A stretch of DNA of 64,000 nt, from the NCBI RefSeq assembly GCF_000143415.4, contig NW_003314262.1, forward strand, positions 3,854,021 to 3,918,020, given 5' to 3'. Positions 1-12,550 of this stretch are shown here, piece after piece (the first letter of the stretch is position 1; the number at the start of each line of letters is the position of its first letter). A program made the position numbers and the translations under genes. The stretch is from Selaginella moellendorffii. Lineage: Eukaryota; Plantae; Lycopodiophyta. The notes beneath the pieces are model-generated. The model was given only the letters and a program-made list of their open reading frames with translations. It did no database searches and was not told where the DNA came from.

Positions 1-854
1 ATCGCTCCTACGAGCAGCAGTCTTCTCTTCTCAGTCACAGGCGAGAAGCTGCGTTCGATATCCTCGTTGTGCACAATCTTGTCGAAAACGATCCTGGCGT
101 TGAGTGCCCTGGCCGCCTCCTCGGTTTGCAGCCTCACTCGTTCCTCCAGCTCCACCAACAAGCTCTTCTTGTCTGGATAGCGCTGGAAGCTCTCCGAGAG
201 GAGCTTGGCACTACCGCTTTTGATCGTCCCTTTGGATTCAAGCTGACGTCTGAATTCCTTGCTCGAGATCTTGTTTCCGGGCTTGCCAGGCTTGACCATC
301 ACGTAGCCGAGAGGATGGATCTCTGCACAGCCCCACCAGCCATCGCCGAGCACCAGGCAGTGGAGCCTGTTTGCCGACGAGTTCCTGATCGCTGCCCCCA
401 TGCCCGCCTGGCTCAGTGCCTGGTACATGCTGTCCGGCCACTTGGGTTCGTCCCTCCCGCCTTGCACCACCACAAGAACAGCGCTGGGAAGACTCTTGTC
501 TAGCTTGAAATCGTGAGTGTGGCATTTGATCACGTCGTTAAGCTCCTGCTCGCAGCGAGCGGAGGTGGCTTTGGCTTTGTACTTCCGTGGTTCTCCGTCG
601 ATGAGCTCTCCGGGCTTTGGAGAGAATCGCGCGAGTAAGTTGGAGAGCAAAGCCATGAGGAGCCATGCCCGCGTAGTTCCTTTGAGACTGCCGTAAGCGC
701 TGCCGTGCCTTTGGATCTCGAAAAGAAGCTCACCCAGGAGGAATTGTGACACCTCTTCGCTCACGAGGGCGCCATCGCCACCGAATTTCTTGACCCTCCC
801 TTGCTCTACCTGGACCAGCGGCTGCTCCAGACTCAACACACTGCTTGGCTCCAT
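1..854 (-). CDS. Uncharacterised intronless protein, inverted copy of 12551..13615; 3' end runs off the window
   Basis: Reverse complement of 12551..13404 (coordinate sum 13405). ATG at 854 begins MEPSSVLSLEQ. Confidence 0.65.
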   Translation of the reverse strand, partial: MEPSSVLSLEQPLVQVEQGRVKKFGGDGALVSEEVSQFLLGELLFEIQRHGSAYGSLKGTTRAWLLMALLSNLLARFSPKPGELIDGEPRKYKAKATSARCEQELNDVIKCHTHDFKLDKSLPSAVLVVVQGGRDEPKWPDSMYQALSQAGMGAAIRNSSANRLHCLVLGDGWWGCAEIHPLGYVMVKPGKPGNKISSKEFRRQLESKGTIKSGSAKLLSESFQRYPDKKSLLVELEERVRLQTEEAARALNARIVFDKIVHNEDIERSFSPVTEKRRLLLVGA

Positions 855-1052
855 CAAGTTTTTAGGATTCTTGCGGGCGGGAATCTCGGGGATGGTGTTT
901 CGTTGGAGCTTGAGAACTCTAGCGTAATGAAGACACAAGAATCTTTGTCAATTTCGATTCGAAAGAGCATCGTTCACGCAGCAATCTTTGTAAAGAAGCT
1001 TCAATGTAGTGAAGTGAAAATCTAGAACAGTTTAAACTAGGAACCATTAAAT

Positions 1053-1812
1053 TTACATAATGTGAAACACTGGAGTCTTGGTGAAAAACTCGGTGATCAC
1101 CAAGGCGAGGAAGCCAAGCATCGCGGTTCGCCCATTCCAGCGCTCCGCCATGGCTCTAAATGGCCCAAACGATCTGCTGTCCGGGCTCTCGCCCTTAAAC
1201 ATGGGCACCAGCGACGCGTACGCGAATAGCTGTGCCACCGCCAGAAAATGGAAAAGACCAGTGCTCCCCGGCGAGTAGAGCTGCTCCGCCACCGTTTGTC
1301 CCGTCATTCGCTCCACTGCGAATGCCCACACCAATCCTACCATTGCCTGTTTGACAAGTTCACGTTAGTTACTTGGTTGATCTAGAAAAAAACGAGAAGA
1401 AAAATCACCAATCGCTTACCAGTCTTCCGTTGATCGTTTCCGGGCCGGCTCCATCGAACGCCATCAAGCTGGGGAACGATCGATCGCCAGTCTCTGGTCG
1501 CCTCTCGACCTCTGGCCTGGGATAGAAGGATCCGGACGATGGGACGGCTCCAAACACGGAGCGCTTCTCCGACTCGTTCTCGGCCTGGTTCTTGAGCACC
1601 TCCTCGCGGGTTATCTCCTTCTTGGTGCCGTCGAGAACGCCACTGATGCCGCCATCGCCACCATCCCTTGATTTGTTCGAGGACGCTCTTACTACTACTA
1701 GATTTCTTGTCCCGATGGAGCTTGTGGGCGATTGCGATTGGACATGGATCTTGTTGGAGATGAGCGAGGAAGAAGAGAGAGCTGCGATACCGCTGCCTGT
1801 GACGAGTGCCAT
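1053..1812 (-). CDS. ELIP: ELIP copy 1 (type A), 228 aa, exons 1812..1420 and 1346..1053
   Basis: Ser-rich transit peptide. LHC motifs FDGAGPETINGRL|AMVG and AERWNGRTAMLGF. 73-nt GT-AG phase-0 intron. Confidence 0.93.
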
Positions 1813-1892
1813 TGTTTTGAGCTGGGAGCTAGCTAGAACAAAATTCAACAGTGCAACAACGAGCTACTTTCTGATGGCAAATGACACAAAGC

Positions 1893-1948
1893 TATTTATA
1901 CGGAGTGGGGATTGTATAACGTGGCAAAATTGACTTTCCATACGTGGC
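1893..1948 (-). promoter_or_regulatory. ELIP1 core promoter: two ABRE/G-box-like ACGTGGC motifs plus TATAAATA
   Basis: + strand TACGTGGC and AACGTGGC, and TATTTATA. Mirror of 11457..11512. Confidence 0.65.
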
Positions 1949-3446
1949 AAAATCGAGGTTTCGGCTCGTGTCCACTGTATGTGTCGCATCTTGTGCGGTG
2001 AAAATGGCCACAGGTAAAAGTTCTCAAGGGTTTGCAAGGTGTGATATTTTAGAACTAACGTTTCATTTCGCAATTGGCATATGGGGATGCTGTTTTTTCC
2101 TGAAACAATTGTGTATATAGTTATGTATGACATGTCTAATAAGCAAGATCTAATCAGATTCACTCGAAAACTTGCTGGAGGTCTTGATGGACTTGCAAAA
2201 AAACATGGCAAATGCCAAGGAAGGTTACTTGAGAGCATGTCTACTCGACTATCTCTCCTGTATATCACGAGAAAGAAAAAGAAACGAGTTGAGAGAAACA
2301 AAAGAGAAAATCATGGAAAACTCGTACAGTCTTGAAGAACCAAAACGCCTGGGTGAGTTTTAAACCAACACATCTGTATAGAGAGGAACTTTGTCTTGTA
2401 AAATCAAATAAAAAATAAATATTGCACTCATGATAACAACAACAGCTTATATCATGAATGTTGATTCATATGAGATTTTGAGACAAAGAAGTGCTTATTA
2501 ATAATAATGAAAAATCAAAACAAGCTTGCAATTATCTATTTCCAAAAGGGATTGCATTATATTTGTTTATTTGAATACATACGAATTAGACTCCTCAAAT
2601 TTAATGATTATATAAACTGCTGAATCAAGCCCAAGGGATTATAAGAAGTTTAAAGAATCATTGTCTTGGATTTAGTGGATTTGTCTGAGTCACTTATAAG
2701 TTGCATTTTTTCTATTTATTATAAACATATATATTTATGTAAAGGAGTTATTGCAATTATGTTTTTCCTTTTTTACCAAATAACCTAAAGGTCTCCCCTA
2801 GCAAGCATCATGAATTTATAAAAGCAACTTACAAAGCTAAAAAAATTGAACACATGAAAATATCTTACTTTCATTAACATCTACATTAAAAATGCCATAG
2901 TTTTTTTAAAAGTAGGGAATGATAATATTTTTACTTTCCATATTTTTTTACAACCCAATAGATGAAAAAAACATATGGAGCCGAATTTAAATCATATATG
3001 GATAAAAGATGTAATATATACAAAAGCAGGAATAACACCTGCATATTGGACAGATTATAACAAATGATATATAGTAATAAAAAATATTTAAAAACAAAAA
3101 ACAAACCAAGGGTTGCTACAATGCAACACAATTTTGTTTAATATTTTAAAGTAACAGCATTACATTAACATGCTTATTGTGCAGACAAAAGAGCATCCCT
3201 GTGTATGAATTCGATTGGAAAACGAAATGAAAGCCCAAAATATCACACCTTCCATTCTCTAGAGAAGTTTCACCTTCGGCCATTTTCACTGCAAAAGATG
3301 TGTGACACATACAGTGGACATGAGCCAGGATCTAAATTTTGCCATGTACGGTCCCCATACCATATAAATACCTTTATCTCAAACGTAAAAGAAAGTAGCT
3401 CATTGCACAGTTGAATTTTTTGCTAGCTAACTTGCAGCTCAAAACA

Positions 3447-3999
3447 ATGGCACTCGTCTCAGGCAGCGGTATCGCAGCTCTCTCTTCTTCCTCGCTCATC
3501 TCCAACAAGATCCATGTCCAATCGCAATCGCCCACATGCTCCATCGGGACAAGAAATCTAGTAGTAGTAAGAGCGTCCTCGAACAAATCAAGGGATGGTG
3601 GTGATGGCAGCATCAGTGGCGTTCTCGACGGCACCAAGAAGGAGATAACCCGCGAGGAGGTGCTCAAGAACCAGGCTGAGAACGAGTCGGAGAAGCGCTC
3701 CGTGTTTGGAGCTGTCCCATTGTCCGGATCGCTCTATCCCAGGCCAGAGGTTGAGAGGCGACTAGAGACTGGGGATCGATCGTTCCCCAGCTTGATGGCG
3801 TTTGATGGAGCTGGCCCAGAAATGATCAACAGAAGACTGGTAAGCAATTAGTGATTTTTCTTCGTGTTTTTTTCTAGATCAACCAAGTAACTAATGTGAA
3901 CCTGCCAAACAGGCAATGGTTAGATTGGTGTGGGCATTTGCAGTGGAGCAAATGACGGGACAAATGGTGGTGGAGCAGCTCTACTCGCAGGGGAGCACT
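3447..3999 (+). pseudogene. ELIP: ELIP copy 2 (type B flanks), pseudogene
   Basis: Exon 1 3447..3839, intron 3840..3912. Exon 2 stops after about 29 codons and is replaced by ~60 nt of foreign filler. Homology to the type-B 3' flank resumes at ~4063. G>R changes in NGRL and AMVG. Confidence 0.9.
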
Positions 4000-6900
4000 T
4001 TGTCATGCTTAAAGGACCATATATATCATTTTGTATTGTATAATCATATTGTAAGACTCCGGACTTAAAACGTAATTGACATTCTTTGAAAGAATGCCAG
4101 AGCTTGATCCTGCCTGCTGGAATGTAATGCTCACTGCTTATGCACTTCCACCATAGTGCCCAAGTCGGGCATCTTGATTATGCACAGGAACTGCTTGTGA
4201 ACCTGTAGCATATGCTCAAGTTGGCTTGGCTGAGGAGAGAGACTCACCTGTGTTGCCATACAAGCTCCTCTGCCACCATCCGTGATCTTGATCTTGGAGA
4301 GCTCCAAATGTGTTATGCATGAACAATTGTGAAACGAACAAGAGAGTGAACCCTAGGCCAACCTCCCAACTCTTAAGGTGTTATGGCTTTAAATCCCACA
4401 GGCCATAAAATATTCTTGGAATATTCCTGTGGTTCACGTCATTCTCCCCTCCCACATGACCCAGCCACATACAATAGCCTCAAGAAGCTAAACAAGCCTC
4501 ATATGAAGGGAGTCCAAGGCAATACAGCCATGGAGAAAAAATGTGCAAATGGCAACATCAACATTGCAACAAATAGCCATGAAAGAAAGAAAGTAATACA
4601 GCTTTCTCACATGATAATATGATCATAGAAACAAAAGAATGAGAATAGAATATATGGCTCAAATAATATAGCAATACAGCTATAGAATTCAATTCTCCCC
4701 TTCCTCAGGAATGTCATCCAAGTCATAACCAAAACTCAAAAACATTTTCTTCACGTCATCTTCAGTTTTCCATATAACTTCGTCCATGGAATAACCATTC
4801 CACTGAACTAACAATTCCCTAGTGGTCTTCCGGCGTGTTTTCACCAATCTTTGAGCAAGAATATTGGCCGGACTAGCTTTCTCTACATCTCTGAAACCTG
4901 GATGATGGACTGATCCACGATATCACCAGAGTGCAAACACACTTTAAGTTTGCTCACATGGAATGTTGGATGAATCTTCAAATTAACTGGCAAGTCCAAA
5001 GTGTATGCAAGATCCCCTACCTGCTGTAAAATTGTTCAAGGTCTATAATACCATGGAGACAATTTAGCACTGCCACCTCCTTTCAGAGACCGTTGTGCAT
5101 TTGACAGCTTAAGGAAAACCTTGTCACCAACTTTATACTCTTGATGACAATGATACTCATCAGCCAATCTTTTGTCTCACTTTTGAGATTGCCATATGTT
5201 CAACTTTGCTAACTAAAGTTTGTTTTGCATATCCTCTAGGAAATCACAAGCATGAGGTACCCGAATCAAAGCCAAATTCAAACTCACAAAAGACTTAGGC
5301 TCATAGCTATATATCGCTATAAAGGGAGACATGCCAATAGCTGATCGATGAGTGCAATTGTGAGAAAACTGAAGCAAAGGCAAGTATTTTTCCCATACTC
5401 CCTGTTGAGTCAAATTTCCCACAAAAGACCTTAGCATATCTTCTAATAGCTGATTCATGCATTCTGTCTGCCTATCAGATTGTGGATGCTCACCACTACT
5501 CATGCTCAGCTTAGTCTCTAGCTTTTCAAAGACCATTTGCCAAAACTTGGATGTGAACTTGGGATCCCAAATTACTCACAATGTCACCCGGCAAACCATA
5601 GAGATTGAATAACCGGTCTACAAACAATTGAGCAAGTTCAGAAGCTTTTATTGTTGTCTTCACAGGGAAGAAGTGAGCCATTTTCGTTAAACGATCCACA
5701 ACAACCCAAATAACATCATTTCTTCGAAAGGTTTTGGGCAAACCAGTGATAAAGTCTATTGAGATGTTATCCCACTTATTCTTGGGTACACGTAAAGGAT
5801 GATAGAGGTCAGCAAGCTTCTGATGATCAACTTTGACCGCCTAGCAGGTCAAACAACCACATACATACTTCTCAACATCTGACTTCATCCCAGGCCAAAA
5901 GAAATGCCTCTTCACCAACATATACATTTTCAATACCCCCAAATGCCTAGCACTTGGCACATCTTGACACTCAACCAAAATCTGTTTGATGAGTTTGTCA
6001 ACACGAGGAACCACTACACCCTTCTTCACCAGGATTCCATCTTGTATTTCGAATGACACAAACTTGTCACCCTTCAAATCTGTAGAGGTGTCCCTCAACA
6101 AAACCTTCACGCGAGTATCAGTGATAAAGGAGTCAAAGTCAACAAACTCCTTAAGCTCATCCAAGAGATTGCTAGATAGCTTCACGAATGAGATAGAATT
6201 TACCATCCTGGATAATGCATCAGCCACTTTATTGTCACCTCCATGCTTGTACCAGATCTTAACAGACATTTCCTGTAGGAACTCTTGCCAACGAGCAAGG
6301 CAGCCTCGAAGATCCTTTTGTCGACTAAAATATTGGAGTGACTGATGGTCTGAATCCATATGGAAGTCTAATCCATATAGATAATGTTGCCATTCCTTCA
6401 CAGCAGCAATCACAGCATACAACTCCTTGTCTCAAGTAGGCCAATTCCACTGTGTGGCATCAAACTTATGGCTCATGTGCGCAAGAGGATGCTCAACTTG
6501 AAGCAATACGGCTCCAATAACAATGTCACTTGCATTTGTCTCAACCACAAGAGGCTTTTCAAGATCAAAAATTTTCAACACCGGAGCAGAGATACAACAC
6601 TACTTCAAATGTTGAAATGCCACTTCACATTTCTCATCCCAACCATGAATAGTAGCATGTTTCGATGTGTTCTGGAGAAGATCAGTTAAAAGGGCTGCTA
6701 TCCCTGAAAAGTCCTTCACAAATCGTCAAAAAACTCCAGCCATACCAAGGAAACTATAAAGATCATGCACTGTTGAAGGTATAGGCTAATCAACCATAAC
6801 CTGAATCTTTGTGGGATCAACTCTCACTCCATGTACCGAAATCAAATACCTAAGATATCCAATCTCCTCTAAAAAAAACTCACACTTGGATAACTTTGAG

Positions 6901-9164
6901 TAGGGCTTATTGTCCCTCAAAAGTTGTAAAACACTTTGCACATGCATCTCATGTTCCTCCATGGAAGAGCTAAATACCAGGATATCATCAAAATAATCAA
7001 TTGCAAACTTTTCCAAGTAAGGTTGTAGAACTTGATTCATCAATCTCTGAAAAGTTGCAGGAGCATTTATCAAACCAAACAGCATCACTAAAAACTTGTA
7101 ATGACCTGTCTTTATCCAAAATGTAGTTTTCGAAACATCCTCTGGCTTGACACAAATCTGATGATACCCTTGCCTCAAATCAATCTTCGAAAAATATCAA
7201 GCACCACGAAGACGATCGAGCAAATCATCGATATGAGGGATCAGGAACATATTCTTCACTATCCTATCATTCAATCCCTTGTAGTTCACGCAAAAATGCC
7301 ATATACCATCTTTCTTTTTGACCATCACCACTGGAGCAGCCCAAGGGGACTTGCTGATCTGTAACCACCCTTTCCGAAGGTATTTAGCAAGCTGCTTATT
7401 AATCTCCTCATCTTCAACATGACTAGTATAAGTCAGTTGTTGCTGATAAGGAGTAGCTCCAAGAACCAAGTCAATCTCATGCTGAATGCCACATTCAGGA
7501 GGTAAACCATCAAATAACTCATTCGGAAATACGTCACAGAACTCCTCTTGCATGGAATCCACCCTAGCCCCATGCCCACGTACGTACTCCAAATCAGACA
7601 TGATCATATTAGAAAGAAACATGTACACCACAAAAGAATTAGCTATCTCATGTGTGCATGTCACCAACTCCAAAGCGTTAATCAATGGAGTATCACTATT
7701 ATCTGTCTTGACAATCTCTTTTATAGTGCCACCAACTTTAATACGCAGAACATTACACTCCTAATCAATCCCTGGCTTCTTATCATAAAACCATTCCTTC
7801 CCAAGAATAATGTCGGTGTGACCAAGATCCATAACTTTGGAACAAAGGATGGTCGAGAATCCCTTGAACTATCAAAGGAACAATTAGAACCCATTCACTG
7901 TAAACACGAGTGCCATGTCCATCTGCCATAACCACCTTATAGATTACTGAACTCTTTTCCACAGGCAAACCAAGTTTTTTCACTACCTTGGAACTCAAAA
8001 AATTGTGAGTAGCACTTGGATTGAAAAGAATACTAACAACACTACCTTGAATGTCCCCCTTGGCCTTCATAAGTTGATTGTACATAGAACCATTAATCTC
8101 TATAGAGTTGATACGAAATTGAAACTTAGATTCTTGAACTTTTGCCATAGGAAGAGCCACCACAACAAATGCCTGAATTGTATCCACAATGGATTCCACC
8201 ATATTCACCTTAGCATTTTTTGATCCTTTCACAAGAGGACAATCCTTGCCATGATATCCAGCCTTGTGATAACAAAAACAATTGCCCTCCACCTTGTCTT
8301 TCTCTCGCTGGTTCAAACAATGTCTTTTGGCCTCATTACCATCTCCATTATTCGAACCACGATGGAATAATGGTTGTTTCTTCCTTGAATATGAAACATT
8401 GGCAATCTGGTCACCATATTGACTACTCCATAAACCATCTTGTTGACTAGAGTTGACTAAGTTGACTGACTGTTCGGGTGAAAAAATTTGAGCCTTAGTG
8501 ATAACATCAGTCAATGTTGCTAGAAAATCTTTCTTGACCTTCTACTACACATCCACTGAGCTCAATCCTTTGATGAAACATTGCACCTTTAGCAACTCAT
8601 TATAGATGCTCGTGGGACTAAGGCAAAGATCACGAAATTTGCGGGCATACGCATCCAAAGACAAAATCCTCTATCAGATCTTTAACAATTGGTTCATGAA
8701 ATCAACCTCTTCAAACTTCTTGACAAATGAAACATGGAAAACCTTTATTAAATTAGTCCAAGAAGTCAATTTTGGATTAGCTTTGATGTAATTCTTCCAC
8801 CACAAAGAAGCATGGCCCATAAGCTTTGTCACAAAGAAATCTATCTTCACTTTATCCTCATAAGGATTGTGAAACTAACAATTTTCCCACAATTCCATGA
8901 TACCATAATCCTTGGCATGCTTGACGTACCAATGGTAATCATGGACATGAGATTGATTCAACCTTTGAGGGTCCATGCGAAACAAGAAATCCTTAGTGAG
9001 ATTGATGGAGTCCTTAACTTTCTTTATGTTGCTCTAAACCTCAGAAATCTGGCATCCTTGCCACACAACGACATCATCAAGAGTCTCTTCCACATCGTTA
9101 TGGTTATCATCATACAACGACATTATCAAGAGTCTCTTTCACATCGTCATGGCTATTATCATTA

Positions 9165-9724
9165 TGTATGCTCTTGAGTTTGGACTTCCCGGGAGGTCAC
9201 CCAACCCAATACTATTCAAACCCAAGGATGCTTAACCCTAAATATCCCAAGACCCTGGAAAAGGGGGTGCACTCTTGTTCATGGGCCCTTTCTTTATATT
9301 TGAACCCCTATGGATTGTCTCTCGAGTCGTTCCCTTTGGTTGCTTACAATCCACCACGCTTCTTTGCAAGTTCACGCCCTCGTGAATGGAAGTTGAAAGG
9401 CGCAACTCTCTCTCTCACCCCGCTCTCTTGACACCCTACCCCTCAGGTTGAGCCCAGTCGAGAGTAAACTAAAGCTACCAGATGTCAATCAATATGTGGT
9501 GTGATTTTTTTAGCCAACTAACAGAGTCAGACCTGAGATCGCTCTTATACCAAATGTAAGCTCACTCAGCCCAGTACTATTCAAACCCAAGGACGCATAA
9601 CCCCAAATATCCCAAAACCCTTAATCGATTGGAAAAGGAAGTGCACTTTTGTTCATGGGCCTTTTCCTTTTATATTTGAACCCCTATGGATCTTCTCTCG
9701 AGTCATTTCCTTTGGTTGCTTACA
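9165..9724 (-). mobile_element. Cassandra-type TRIM nested in the gypsy 5' leader
   Basis: LTRs 9165..9348 and 9555..9724 (TG..CA), perfect TSD CATTA. Met-PBS (+ strand GCTCTTATACCA) 9541..9552. ~205-nt non-coding interior. 5S-like segment in the LTRs. Confidence 0.9.
9183..9236 (-). ncRNA. 5S rRNA-derived segment (A box to C box region) inside the TRIM LTR; not a 5S gene
   Basis: GACTTCCCGGGAGGTCACCCA...TACTA...CCCAAG..GCTTAAC is the reverse complement of the plant 5S internal promoter region. Confidence 0.85.
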
Positions 9725-11456
9725 CATTAACACCATACTCCTCATTAGGATAAATATCTTACGCCATCCCCAAAAGAATGTATTGCACTAATACTAATGA
9801 AATGAACAAAAGAGCAAACCCTAGGCCAACCTCCCAACCCTTAACGCATTACGGCCTTAAATCGCACATGCCATAGAATATTCTTGAAATATTCCTGTGA
9901 TTCGTGTCAAGTTGCATCCATTGGAACTTCCTTGTGCCTATAACCTATGTCACATAATTCCTCTTTCATTTGACCTTTCAGCACTAACACAATTTGACAT
10001 TTCTATTTACATGGCTTGTGGCTCCTCAATTAAGGTGACCTCGTGGCATTCAAGAACCTGAAGTGGTGATGGCAAGGTGTTGATCTAGTCACTTCTCTGA
10101 CCACTAGCTTAAGCTAGCTAAACTGAACTGTAAAAAATTTTTAGATAATTATAAATATAAACATATAGGTTGGAAGCTTAAATACTATTAGATTTTGAGC
10201 ATCCAATAAAGCAAAAAATAATATCCATTGATTCTTATTTCGAAAAGTATCATTAATGGGGGAAGATTTGCTTTTGCCTGTATGTAATTTCCCTTGGTTT
10301 GAGTGATGGATGATGGAACTATTATTGTAATAGCCTATTGATTGTTACACCAGCCTATAGGTTGCTGTGTTCATTTTATTTACATTTTTATTTTTGTAAA
10401 GATATCAATTATACATTAATTCGGTTCCATATGTTTTTTTCATCTATTGGGTTGTAAAAAAATATGGAAAGTAAAAATATTATCATTCCCTACTTTTAAA
10501 AAAACTATGGCATTTTTAATGTAGATGTTAATGAAAGTAAGATATTTTCATGTGTTCAATTTTTTTAGCTTTGTAAGTTGCTTTTATAAATTCATGATGC
10601 TTGCTAGGGGAGACCTTTAGGTTATTTGGTAAAAAAGGAAAAACATAATTGCAATAACTCCTTTACATAAATATATATGTTTATAATAAATAGAAAAAAT
10701 GCAACTTATAAGTGACTCAGACAAATCCACTAAATCCAAGACAATGATTCTTTAAACTTCTTATAATCCCTTGGGCTTGATTCAGCAGTTTATATAATCA
10801 TTAAATTTGAGGAGTCTAATTCGTATGTATTCAAATAAACAAATATAATGCAATCCCTTTTGGAAATAGATAATTGCAAGCTTGTTTTGATTTTTCATTA
10901 TTATTAATAAGCACTTCTTTGTCTCAAAATCTCATATGAATCAACATTCATGATATAAGCTGTTGTTGTTATCATGAGTGCAATATTTATTTTTTATTTG
11001 ATTTTACAAGACAAAGTTCCTCTCTATACAGATGTGTTGGTTTAAAACTCACCCAGGCGTTTTGGTTCTTCAAGACTGTACGAGTTTTCCATGATTTTCT
11101 CTTTTGTTTCTCTCAACTCGTTTCTTTTTCTTTCTCGTGATATACAGGAGAGATAGTCGAGTAGACATGCTCTCAAGTAACCTTCCTTGGCATTTGCCAT
11201 GTTTTTTTGCAAGTCCATCAAGACCTCCAGCAAGTTTTCGAGTGAATCTGATTAGATCTTGCTTATTAGACATGTCATACATAACTATATACACAATTGT
11301 TTCAGGAAAAAACAGCATCCCCATATGCCAATTGCGAAATGAAACGTTAGTTCTAAAATATCACACCTTGCAAACCCTTGAGAACTTTTACCTGTGGCCA
11401 TTTTCACCGCACAAGATGCGACACATACAGTGGACACGAGCCGAAACCTCGATTTT

Positions 11457-11512
11457 GCCACGTATGGAAAGTCAATTTTGCCACGTTATACAATCCCCAC
11501 TCCGTATAAATA
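11457..11512 (+). promoter_or_regulatory. ELIP3 core promoter: GCCACGTA (11457), GCCACGTT (11480), TATAAATA (11505)
   Basis: GCCACGTA is the reverse complement of the canonical ABRE TACGTGGC. Conserved in all type-A copies. Confidence 0.65.
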
Positions 11513-11592
11513 GCTTTGTGTCATTTGCCATCAGAAAGTAGCTCGTTGTTGCACTGTTGAATTTTGTTCTAGCTAGCTCCCAGCTCAAAACA

Positions 11593-12352
11593 ATGGCACT
11601 CGTCACAGGCAGCGGTATCGCAGCTCTCTCTTCTTCCTCGCTCATCTCCAACAAGATCCATGTCCAATCGCAATCGCCCACAAGCTCCATCGGGACAAGA
11701 AATCTAGTAGTAGTAAGAGCGTCCTCGAACAAATCAAGGGATGGTGGCGATGGCGGCATCAGTGGCGTTCTCGACGGCACCAAGAAGGAGATAACCCGCG
11801 AGGAGGTGCTCAAGAACCAGGCCGAGAACGAGTCGGAGAAGCGCTCCGTGTTTGGAGCCGTCCCATCGTCCGGATCCTTCTATCCCAGGCCAGAGGTCGA
11901 GAGGCGACCAGAGACTGGCGATCGATCGTTCCCCAGCTTGATGGCGTTCGATGGAGCCGGCCCGGAAACGATCAACGGAAGACTGGTAAGCGATTGGTGA
12001 TTTTTCTTCTCGTTTTTTTCTAGATCAACCAAGTAACTAACGTGAACTTGTCAAACAGGCAATGGTAGGATTGGTGTGGGCATTCGCAGTGGAGCGAATG
12101 ACGGGACAAACGGTGGCGGAGCAGCTCTACTCGCCGGGGAGCACTGGTCTTTTCCATTTTCTGGCGGTGGCACAGCTATTCGCGTACGCGTCGCTGGTGC
12201 CCATGTTTAAGGGCGAGAGCCCGGACAGCAGATCGTTTGGGCCATTTAGAGCCATGGCGGAGCGCTGGAATGGGCGAACCGCGATGCTTGGCTTCCTCGC
12301 CTTGGTGATCACCGAGTTTTTCACCAAGACTCCAGTGTTTCACATTATGTAA
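11593..12352 (+). CDS. ELIP: ELIP copy 3 (type A), 228 aa, exons 11593..11985 and 12059..12352
   Basis: Identical to copy 1; GT at 11986, AG at 12057-58. Confidence 0.93.
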
Positions 12353-12550
12353 ATTTAATGGTTCCTAGTTTAAACTGTTCTAGATTTTCACTTCACTACA
12401 TTGAAGCTTCTTTACAAAGATTGCTGCGTGAACGATGCTCTTTCGAATCGAAATTGACAAAGATTCTTGTGTCTTCATTACGCTAGAGTTCTCAAGCTCC
12501 AACGAAACACCATCCCCGAGATTCCCGCCCGCAAGAATCCTAAAAACTTG

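Larger units (their letters stand above)
1..2985. repeat. Left arm of a near-perfect inverted duplication (partner 10420..13404)
   Basis: Mirror ORFs have coordinate sums of 13405. Only about 2 mismatches seen by eye (~446, ~2981). Confidence 0.95.
4330..9909 (-). mobile_element. Degenerate Ty3/gypsy chromovirus with 112-bp LTRs (4330..4441, 9798..9909)
   Basis: TG..CA LTRs about 15% diverged. TSD AATTG/AGTTG; the paralogous empty site GAAC-AGTTG-CATCC is at ~61496-61509. PPT at 4442ff, decayed Met-PBS ~9785-9797. Gag zinc knuckle, protease, RT (YFDD), RNase H, integrase and group-II chromodomain (~4740-4870, LLVQWNGY) fragments. Confidence 0.92.

Noticed and set aside
9183-9236. Functional 5S rRNA gene
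   Set aside because: Only ~55 nt, diverged, and embedded in an LTR.
11557-12000. 147-aa and 96-aa ORFs as separate genes, and antisense ORFs over ELIP, GLP and pol
   Set aside because: They are two exons of one ELIP with the true ATG 36 nt downstream; antisense ORFs are shadows of GC-rich coding DNA.
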